NCBI GenBank assembly: GCA_040954595.2
Contig: CM082591.2
Location: 2,966,259-3,030,258 of the forward strand
Direction: 5' to 3'
Length of the DNA stretch: 64,000 nt
Origin: Balanoglossus misakiensis
Taxonomy: Eukaryota; Animalia; Hemichordata
The notes under the pieces were generated by a model. The model did no database searches, had not been told where the DNA came from, and saw nothing but the letters and a program-made list of their open reading frames with translations. Both the position numbers and the translations under genes were made by a program. Below are positions 26,301-36,900 of this stretch, one piece after another (the stretch's first letter is position 1; the number at the start of each line of letters is the position of its first letter).

Positions 26301-27152
26301 GTTATCATTCTCTGACTGTATGTTGCGGTTCCTTTCAACAATTTCTGCTTTACTGAGGAAACGATAATTAACTTTACTGTCTGATGATGTTCTGTCAACT
26401 TCCTTCAAATCTCCACTGATCCTTCGTGAAACTGCTCTCCTCAAACTGTCTCTACTTTTTGAGCAAGAATCGCATCGTATCTTCTTATCTTCGGTGAAGA
26501 ATGTGCAGCCACCACTTCTGACCGTTCTGGAGTATGAAATGCCAAACTTACTGACGCCAGCATAATAGGGCTCCAGGTAAGTTGGGCTTGAATCGCCTTC
26601 AGCAGAGGGTGAGCTGTGTGGCTTTCCTAATGTGCCACCCCTTTCCTCAATCAAAGAAGTAAAGTCATCTTCGTAGTTCCCGGCACAGATGTCAAGGGAT
26701 GACAGAACTGTAAATATTTCTTTCACAGTCTCTACGTCATGTACATGTGATGGAAAATTACGTAGTTGCGGTAGTTCATTGGAAAGCTGTCTTCCATGAA
26801 TAACCATAGTCCAGGTTAATGTCCTTTCAAAAATCAAGCACCTCTTTACTATAGGTTGTTTATCAATACCAGGTAACAACTGCTGAACCATGATTTTCTC
26901 GTCTACCTCTGCACAACACCATCCATCTCGCTGCTTTTCACTTGCAATCTTTGTCAGCTCATTACTAATAGCTCTTCTTTCCCTCATAACAGTGGAGAGT
27001 TTCTCATTCTTCTCTTTTTCTTCTAGTAACCGTGCTTGAACTAACAGTTGCTCTTCAATCTTTTTACGTTTCTCCTTGGCAAATTTCTTTGATGCCAAAA
27101 TTTTCTTGTATTGACCTTTTCTTTTGGAGAGTTTTCCCATTTTGAACGGCAT
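23368..27152 (-). CDS. P-element/THAP9-family DDE transposase (~859 aa), no recognisable THAP domain, no C-terminal domain. Exons 27152-25335, 25050-24904, 24792-24604, 24206-24071, 23657-23368
   Basis: RWHPAIIRWCL..LPSQRTLRDY (HTH), LLHDEMKLK (D1), TSDGATPN (D2), FSDVPHLVKTTRN, MRVNLAAQVLS and DRFFDCLN (GTP-binding insertion), FCQDSLEQHFSKHRQRGGANNDPT (catalytic E). Exons total 2580 nt, in frame, with no internal stop seen. Confidence 0.93.
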
Positions 27153-29474
27153 GCTTACTCGTTGGTTGCAAAGACTATCCTAGAGGAAAACAGAACAGAA
27201 ACTAGATAAAGTTTGATGTCACAACACATTTATGACAATTTTGAACTTTCAAGGACGTGGTGAAGCCATACAATATTTGTCTTGAATCAAACCCTAGAGA
27301 TTCGATGCGAACCAAAACAAACAAGATGGCCGCCATACATCAATGTTACTACGGTTATCGAAATGCGTATGAAATCTCGACGAAATATGCCACATGGAAT
27401 TAACGAAATAGCCCATGCACTACAAAAAGGAGTAAAATATATAAATATATTAAAAAATAACAGAAATGCGACCATCAGAGTTGAATTCTAGAGGTTCAAA
27501 ATTCGACGCCATTTTGAATCTTGGAATAATGTCCTTTTCACGACCACTATTTTAATTCACGGCGTTTGGTGCGTTTGCTTCCACTAAACCATATAAAATG
27601 TAAATTTCCAAGCCGAAAGATAACAGTCTACCATATGGTAACTGATAGAGTAGTAATCAGACGAAATTTTGTTTCGGTGACGGACTTATAGTTAACCAGC
27701 CCAAGAAACGTTGATAGAAAATGAAATATTGGAACACTCGGAACAGGCAGTGATATCGCGGTTACAGAGTGCCCGAACCCGAACAGACTATGACTGTGCA
27801 CTCCGTAAGCATATATGGAACTCGTAAAAAAAAAAATGACTATGTACTCTTGACGAAAAAGGGCAGTTGAAGGGGTTCAAAAATTAGCTAGGTCATCCAA
27901 AGTCGCCATCAGGCTTTTATGATTTAGACATCATAAAACACAATCAAGAATTTGACCTCAGAACTGGAAGAATCTGTATGAAATACCCACCTTAGAATAG
28001 AAAAGACGTTCACCCAACAGTACGATCTGTTCAAGCGATAAAATCCACTTCTCTTGGCTGCAATTTCTGGAATGTGCAGGAACACACCAGAGCGTACCCA
28101 CGCCACAAACCCAAGCTGTGACGTCATCAACGCGCGTAGCGGTTCGGACATGGACTCTCCTAGCTAACACCTCGTTCACACCTTCCGAACAATAGAGTTT
28201 CCTAACCGTCTTCTTCTAGTAACCGTGGTAGTGGTAGAGTCGACGTCGTGTGCGCGCAAACGATTCATGCCAAACTGCTACATATACACAGTGAATATAC
28301 GCGCGCGCACAACGAAACCACAAAAGATCGAAACCTCAAAATGCGGCAGCAACTGTCACTATTTCCTTAAATACCACAAGGCGGGGAGGCATGAATTGCA
28401 ATTAAGATAATAAAGAAATTTCGACAATGATACTGTGTTGTGTGAGTTACATGTGTTTCTATATATAACTACTACTCTTACCCCCCATCAGTGTTTGACC
28501 CTCGAAAGCTTACGGACACTACTGCTTTGTTTCAACTAATCCTTAGCCCTGTGAATATACTCGTACATTGACCTTTTGGGGCGGGATTCTTTTTTGGCGC
28601 GCAACCACTAGTACCAGGCCGCAGACCAGGAACTTTTTTGGAAACTTTTTAAAAAATCATACGCCACCGTCTTGATGACTGGCCCCTATTTTAATAATGG
28701 TTTCGTCGTTTCGCTGTTTCGTTTCGCTGTTTCGTTGTTTCGCAAAGTATAACTAGCCCCTGTGACGACAAATTGCTGATAAAAACGAATGCTATGAATT
28801 ACTGTATTCTGTATGAAACTCTTTATTTGTTTATGATTGACTGAAGTCTCAAGATTGAACGTCTGGTAAATGCTTCGGTGACACAATTTCAAGGGTATTT
28901 GTTTGATTGTTGTCCTATAATCAACCATAATGATCATGCTGTAACAGAAAAAAATCGGTAAACCAATAATAGACTTTTGGTGAGCGAGTTTATATAGGCC
29001 ACACTTAGCCTACATTAGTCACCTTATAAACCCAACCAATGACGATTAGTCCCGGGGCGGTCCTATACTCTAGGATTGCCCAGGACTAAGTTCGGCATGG
29101 CTCTCTACACTCTCTTGGGGTTTAGAGTCATGCTGACGTCATAACTTTGAAAATAAAGAACAGATTGACGGCTAATACTTGTGTGGAATTGTGTCTGGTA
29201 TACTTCTGTGCAGGTGATCACAATGTCATCCATGAAGTAACCTTTATAATCAGTGTTGATGCTAAGGCATGATTATAGTGTAAAACCAATATTTATATGT
29301 CAGACGCTATATTGTTCTGTTCATAGTCTGTGGTTTCCACTGCATCGGAGTGAAATGAAACCATACATGTAGATGATGTACTTGTTATGTATACGTCTCT
29401 TTCGTTTTCTCACTTTTTCTCAGTTCACGGTGTGAATTTCTATGTTTTGACCTTCAGCTGTGAAAAACAGGACA

Positions 29475-31252
29475 ATGAATGGAAATCAATGCACAGAGGA
29501 AGACTTCAGAATTCCTGATGCACTAGAAGCGTTGTTCCGAAGTACTGAGCAAACATATGAAGAGTTCATGAGTTCATTTACAACACTGACTGCAGGTAAG
29601 GACAGAATTTCTTTTGGACTGACTCGGTTGTGGTTAATGTTGCTTTGGCATGCTTTGCTTTAGATTTGGGTTTGGACATAGAGACCACTTTCCTGGTTGA
29701 CATCTTGGCAAAACTATTATTTTCACAGACGATGTTGCTGCATACCACCTTCGTGGCGCTGTAGCTGGCAGATCCAACTCTACAAGTGTTCCCACACACG
29801 ACGCAGCCAACGCAACACCAGTGAATGCAACAGATGAAGAAACCAAAATACAAACTGCAGAGCACACAGAAGATTTACAGGAAGAGGTAAGGAAAATGTT
29901 ATCACTTTTATTATTAAAGCTTGAAATAAATGCTCCAAGAAGTGCCCCAACTACATGTATTGCGAGTGGTAGTCAATATAAATGGAAGGCTGCTTTCTGT
30001 GCCATATCAGTAGCTGCTTTACTTGAAAAATTCTTGCTGAATCATCACTTTAAAAAAAAATTAAATTTCTCGATTCAGGTGTTGGAAGAGGGAACCAAAG
30101 CACCCCCATTCTTAATGAGAACAGCTAATACAACTGGAGGAACTTTGCTGAAGGTAGACTATTTTTTTCACTAGAAGTTATCTGTCAATATGTTATCAGC
30201 TATCATGTCTTGTCCTAATGGACCTAAAGAAACATGTGACTTTTTTTTGCCCTGATCGATAGGTTGACAATTTCGTGGACAACGAGGACAGTGGGAGCTC
30301 TAGTGACGAGAGCGATGGGGCAAACAGCGACACTGAAACCGCATATCAACCGTCATGTCTGAGTGTAAGCGAGCAGAAAACAGAGACAACGGCCGGAGGC
30401 GGGATGGAGACAGAAACAAACTCAGAAAGACAACTTTCAAGAGTGCAAAGCGAAAATCAGACCTCACCAAGGACTGCATGTGATCGTGAATCCAAAAACT
30501 CAGAAAGTTGTGAAGGTATCTCAACAGGGGATGTTACCAGGGTAACAACTTCGTCACAAAAGAAAGAGTTGAACTCTGACCTTTCATCCCATGCAAATGC
30601 AGAGGATGTAGCAGAAACTTTGCACTCTGGGAAATCTGCTGAGGAGATTACAGAAGAACTGTTGAATGAGGAGAATTCCGGGCAGTACGAAATGATGCCA
30701 CTGCCGGGAGAAGCAGAAGACATTCCGGAGAGTCCCAAAGAACACCAAATCCAAAATCACACACTGTTAGAGATGGCGTGTACTTCAAAATCATCGATAC
30801 AGACAGCAAATGAAGGCACGGATGTCTTGGAGCAGGTTAGTTCACATTTAGGGCAACAGCATACTAAGCCCCCCTCCACTAAGCCCTCACCCCCCCCCAA
30901 AAAAAAAAATTTGCTGTTCCGATTACATGGTATTCTCAATGAGCATTTTACATCAGAAAAAAACATAATGTAGACTTGTAGAGGAATGATGTCATAGTTC
31001 TCGCGTGATTCATGCGTTTTTCATCTATTTCGCATATCTCTCATCGTTATTTTTACTTCCGGGTTTACGAATCTCTAAGTTGAAAGCACTCACAGGCAAC
31101 CTAAAGTGAATAATTTTCTTTTGCTTTATTTTCAGCCAACAAGCGACGAAGTCGAGCCATTTTCCCTGGATGAGGAATTTGACTATGATAATGTTATTTT
31201 GACTCCAAAATGGGAGACAGGCACTCTTCCTCCGCAGTGGAAAGAAGGGTAA
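29475..31252 (+). CDS. IFTAP: Intraflagellar transport-associated protein (C11orf74/NWC homolog), ~347 aa. Exons 29475-29595, 29729-29886, 30079-30153, 30263-30835, 31136-31252
   Basis: Conserved blocks as recalled for human C11orf74: [26 protein letters not shown] and [22 protein letters not shown]. Exons total 1044 nt in frame; AATAAA at about 31456. Confidence 0.88.
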
Positions 31253-33910
31253 TAGTTTGTGGTGCTTCAGTCATGACTGTGATGGTTCCAATATTGCCTG
31301 GTTCGCGAAAGAAGGGAAAAAACAACAACCAGGATTGCTGTAGCTGAAAACCCAAATTGGAATGGACTTGCAAGGCATATATGCATAGTGCTGTACTTTC
31401 ACACAACTTCATAGGAAATTTGATATGTAGTACACTGCAAACTTTGCAAGGGGACAATAAAGACTTGTTAGAACATTTTTCTGAACTGTGATGTACTGTA
31501 AATATCTAAAAGCTTGATTACTGGCATATTTTCACAGATTAAAGATTTTAGTTCCATGTTATTGTACTCGTGAGAGATGTTTGTTGGCTTACCATGAAAT
31601 ATATGTGTATAGATGAATTGATGTGTGTGCACTCAGAAATATAGCTGCCAGCCCATGTTCTGGTTACAATGATGGTTAACCCAGGAGTGGACATATCAAC
31701 ACAGAAAAAGCTTCTATTGCTGAAAGTGTAAATGTAAGCGGTATTGAGCAGTCCTGCTGGACACAGCAACATAAACAACGACAGCGTGTTTTGCAAGGTC
31801 GACCTTACCAAGGATCTTCCAGGGGGAATACTCTCGTAGAACAACCCTTGGTGTATGCAGCCCGCATACTGGCTTGTGGACGTTGAAATTATCAAGGTTA
31901 TGGTTAGAATATTTTCAGCATTCAAGTTTTCAAAAATTGTAGACCATACAAGAGTCAAATCCGCAGCAGAACGAGTCACAACACAAAGAATAGACACCCG
32001 AGAAAACTCGAGTTTACGTCACAGAAAGTGATGAAAAAGTTCACTTGTCCCCGCGTGTCCCCGCTTTACTTTCGTGTTTAACAAGAAAAAAAGTACGCGT
32101 CAGAAAATAGTCCGCTTCCTTATTTTCACATGACAAGTTCAACAGAAATAATTTTGGACTGGAAATAATTATTATGTTTGTGTGAAAGTAAATTATCCAA
32201 AATTTTTATCGATTTCTGGAATTTATAGTAATTATACGATATTTTCTTTTCGGCGGATCGGTATGTGGTGATTTACGACGTAAAGAAGACACCTGTGCAG
32301 ACTACAGATGGGACGAGGGCCGCACTTTCATGAACTCTGTGGATGGATGTTGTGAACCATGAAAATATCGAGAGTGCTAGGAAGGAATAATTGATTTTAC
32401 AATAGGAACACTGACAAACTGTCAGCAAAGCTAAAATTTTCTATGTTAGGCCAAAATTGTAGGCCTCGATTGCGTAATCTGGTAGCTGGACTTAGAAATG
32501 TGTGACCACGTGCGCCGGCGAGGAAGCAAACAACATCATGGAATTGTGGATTTTCCCCCAAGTGTTCATCTGGACCTTCCCAGACGAAGGTTTAAACCTT
32601 GCATAGGTAAGCTTGTTGTGTTTTCTTCTGCGAGCGCGTTCTATCGGAGTCTTTTTTGAGGATAGTGGCAGTCGCGTCAGCGTTAGACCATGCAGGCGAC
32701 ATTTAGCCTTGTTTTTGTCAAATTAAAAATAAAATCGGAGGAAAATCGTCCGCAGCGCACAGCAGATTCCTCGTGTTGGGCGATTTTGCTCAGCTCAGGT
32801 TATTTTTCTCGGCATCCGTTTTCTCGTGTCTCGAAAAAAGTAGAGTTTTGCGCCGCGCTTGCGATATTTTGAGGTTAAAACCGCGACCGGGACAAACATA
32901 AGGAATGAAGACACGATGGCCGTACATCTTTGATTCGCGTTTTATTTCGAGGTTGAAACCGCGACCAGGACTTTGGCACATGGATTTGGGACGTACGGAG
33001 GTAAGTCAGTTGTATCTGCGCGTTATTTTTTTCATGACCGGAATCATAGTATAACGCGGCTTGCACCCAGCGCATGTCCAGGCGAGTGAAACGTTCGATC
33101 ATATTAAATATAAATGGTTCTTAGAACCGCCCATGTGGTTATAAACTTTTGTAGTATTAAACTAACCGCGTATTAATCAGTGAAAGGTTGGATAATCAAA
33201 TATAATCACAAAGTTATATATACATGTATGCACATAAACTTTTAATACTTGAGATATGCCTCAAAACCAGCTTTACAAAACACATAGCAGTCTTCACTTC
33301 AAAACAATGATGAAGAATATGCTCTGTATAGAAACCATAACGTTAAAATGTCTTCATGATTAAAGCTTTGGTGTGATATAGTTGTACCTCTGCCGCAGTC
33401 AGTGCGGAATACTAGCGGCCGATTTTACCATACGGCAAACTTGGAAAGGTTCAGTAAAATTGAATAGTGCCACTTGCTATCCCTCTTTTAAGCATGGGTT
33501 CTGTTCTGCCCGTGTAAACGAGTGAGTTCGTATTGCACCATTAGCTGACGTTTCCATGGCAAACATGAAAAGTTTTACTCCCGACTTTACACAATAAGCA
33601 AGCGAGCCTTGGCAAATGTGGATTGGTATTTTATGAATGTCACGTTCGTTACAAAGTCTCCAGTTTTTATAGAAAGTGCATCGCGAAGGCTAGAAGATGC
33701 GGCGCCATGTCGTCTCGAAAACAGGAAACAGAATGTATTCATAGATGCAGTTACGTGACTGACCGTTCAGTTTTTTTTCGACTCGAAAGGGGAGGGGGCA
33801 CGTGTCCACTTCCTTCCCCTCTTACCGCCCTCAACGCCGTCTACAGAAAGCACGTCTGTCAGGTGTCTCGTTGTGCCGATTCCACGAGCATGCGTGGAAA
33901 GTGACCGTTC

Positions 33911-36900
33911 CTAACAGGAAATGAGTTTTTGGAACGCTCTCCTGAACTCCATGTTGAAGACAGTGTAGATGACCGGGTTCATTGTACTGTTGATGTACCC
34001 GATCCACAGTGCGAACTGTATGAAAAGTGATGGAACAGAACACGTTGGACAGGCTCCGAACATGATGTTTAGCGTGAAGAACGGTATCCAACAGAAGAGA
34101 AACACTCCTGTGAAAGAAATAAAAGTGAAAATCAAATGGAAGTTTGAATAATTAAGAGCGCCACTTTAGAACTCCATATGAATTGACATTATTTTTTCGT
34201 CGGAAAATCCCAAACTGTCATGACACGGATTCAGAATGCTAGAATTGTATCATGCATGACCATGAAAGCGATTAATGTATGTGTACAATGGGGGCGAAAA
34301 ATACTTTCTGTAGTTTTTTGACAAAACTGGTTGTAGGTTAAGGAGATGAAGTTACAAAGAGAAAGGGAAACAAAGTATGTTACCTAAAACTATTGCAAGT
34401 GTTTTTGTAGCTTTCCTTTCCTTTCGCATGGAGAATTTTTGTCTTTGACTTAAAACTGGCACAGTTTTCTTCGAATTTTGGCCGAGATGTGTTTCCTGTC
34501 CTCCTGTGTGTCTTACAATGCTGTTTCTTCCACTTTTATTGGCTGTTGGCATGTCACTGCCGGTTGGAACTGGTTTATCTCTGTTCAGGTCTGTTTTATC
34601 CGGGTTCCGATTCGAACCGGTTTGTTCTTGACTGTTATGACCAGGGCTAGCCAGATTTCGGCTCAATTGGTCAGAATGTTGCTCGGTTGGCTCCCTGGCC
34701 TGTTCGTCTGACGGCGTTAAATCGGAGACGTCCGTTTTATTGGCGACGATTATTGTGTTCTCCGTGGCACCAACCCGCTTCACGCGATTTCTGATCGCCA
34801 CGTACACCAGGGTGTAAACAATCACCATGGTGACGGCCGGAATAACAAATGAAAACACTGAACTCCAGATCATGTAAGGACCATTGAAGAGAATGCAAAG
34901 TTCTGGAATCCTCCCGGGGACATCATTGGCGCCGAACAGAATGGGACAAGATATGACGAACGATATAATCCAGACCGTCGCTATGGTTATTGCGATGCGC
35001 TGATTCGGGCGTTGCCTGGCATAAGCGAGGGGTTTAGTGACGGCGTAAAGCCTGTAATATAAATAAAAAGATATTTTTGATATCAAAATGGACACTGTCT
35101 ATCCACTGGAAAATTGACGAGATGATATTAACCATAACTGTGCTTCTTGCGTCAAAAGAAGTGAACGTCGGCAACACGGAGAAAGACTAAATGGCGCCTC
35201 CAAGTGTTCAATTCCGCCATCACCTACCTGTCTATGCTAATGGCTGTCAGGTTGAAGATAGACGCAGTGCAAAGCATGACATCCAGTGCTACCCAGAAAT
35301 CGCATAACTTGTTACCCAGATACCATGCTCCTAGATTAACCTGGGAAAGAGAAAAAGAAGGAAATTGAAGGAAAAAGGTATAACATCATTGTTGCTACTG
35401 CTGATATTTAGAAGTGAACATGCTGTCGGGTTTAACTATGTAATCAAGCCTTCAAGATGGTCAGCATGTATGTACAGTACACCACTACCAATCCGTAAGG
35501 ACAAGTCGTGATAAATAAGGATTTATTTCACTGATGAGTTTCAACAGCTGTCTCATCTCACGAGCTATTCGTTTAATTGGTACAAGAAATCGACGCCACC
35601 CTTAAAGACAGTTCTAACGCCTCCAAGACTGGCAATCTCACCTATCTAAGAGGACAGTAAAGGACATCATCGTCTACTTGACGTCTGTCACGTTCCACAT
35701 CTTATCAAAGTAATTTCTCCAATTATACTTGGCAAATTGAAGTGGGCAGACGAGTCTTTCGACCTTGCGGCCTAACCTTCCTTCATCTGCTGATACTTAA
35801 CTTTCCTTAATAGTCAATTTCCCCCATGAAGTCCCACCAGTTCATTCCAATCGAGGAAAATGCAGGTTTCTTGTACTTAATATATCTCCATGGCAACGAT
35901 GTTCATTCGTTCGTGTGGCGCTTATCAACATACTATAACTTGGCATTGCGACTTTCTAGAATCCTCCGATGGGATTATGCACGCTCGATCGGAAATAATC
36001 ATGTATACAGACGTCTATCATGATGAGAACTTCTATCCTATAATTGAAAATTTCGAAGCATTCAACTCGATCAATCTTATCTCAGCGACTGATGTGAAGT
36101 GATTTGCGGTATAAACGCGTATTCACGTATCCGCCTTTGTGAGCATGCCACAATGACTCGCCTCTACATAACTGCATATGTCTTACAATTCATTCTGACA
36201 TTTTGATCAAAAGGCTGCCTTCCTGAGCTATCAGTACTGACACGCGTGAATCTGCGGGACCTCCCGATGAGATTAGTTGTCGATTGGAAAATCCCTCTCG
36301 GACATTTGGATTCATCTATGCAACCCGTACAATTAGATTTTGATAAATACATAGAAAAACGTATTATCAAGTCCGGCGTTTTCTTTTTTGTTGTTGAAAG
36401 TATAACAAAAGTTGCTCGTTAATCGCTACTTCAGCGTGCCAGTCAACTCATACACGCTGTGTATTTTTTATCGCCACACTCGCCTCATGCGTCCTGTACT
36501 TTATTATTTAGCTGTCTGAATCGGTCTTTTCTCACACAACGACTGAGGCGTTTACAGGGCGTGAACGCACCCGATTGTCGAAGGGGGTTTTAATGAGAAA
36601 AATATCTCCTTAGACCAATCTTACGCGAAGTGTTTAAAACGACGTGGAAACCTATCAAGACTTTAATCTACCTCAGATGCTTGTCTGTGACCGAATGCAA
36701 TTGTAAAATGAAGAAAGATTGAATTCCGGTAACTGTCGCTTGGAATAGTATACTAAAATGAGATCCAGTCTAGCAGTTCTTACTTTGTTGTGTGCGTAGC
36801 TGCTATCACACAGAGACATAGCGAGTCCTGGATATGAAAGAAGCCTTGATGAAAATGTCATGATGACTTCAAGTTCCGAGAGTGACGTCTACAGCGAGAG

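Larger units (their letters stand above)
19725..28227. mobile_element. P-superfamily DNA transposon, 8503 bp, carrying two convergent genes
   Basis: Perfect 32-bp TIR CACGGTTACTAGAAGAAGACGGTTAGGAAACT at 19725-19756 and 28196-28227. CA...TG termini. Perfect 8-bp TSD GTAGTGGT at 19717-19724 and 28228-28235. Encodes a P/THAP9-type transposase. Confidence 0.95.
19477..28758. mobile_element. Outer non-autonomous TIR DNA transposon (~770 bp of own sequence), interrupted by the P element
   Basis: TIRs GGCTAGTTATACTTTGCGAAAC... at 19477-19585 and 28637-28758; the right copy has 13 extra bp of CGAAAC repeats. A further inverted block lies at 19690-19724 vs 28604-28634. Perfect 8-bp TSD CCTGTGAC at 19469-19476 and 28759-28766. 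Confidence 0.92.

Noticed and set aside
27958-28179. Possible THAP-coding upstream exon (WCVPAHSRNC...W)
   Set aside because: No ATG in frame, and no C2CH spacing or FP/AVP motifs.
19725-28227. ProtoRAG/RAG-like transposon (two convergent genes, CAC terminus, next to NWC)
   Set aside because: The TSD is 8 bp rather than 5. The TIR lacks the RSS heptamer/nonamer beyond CAC. The transposase motifs are P/THAP9-type, and ORF2 has no kelch/PHD features.
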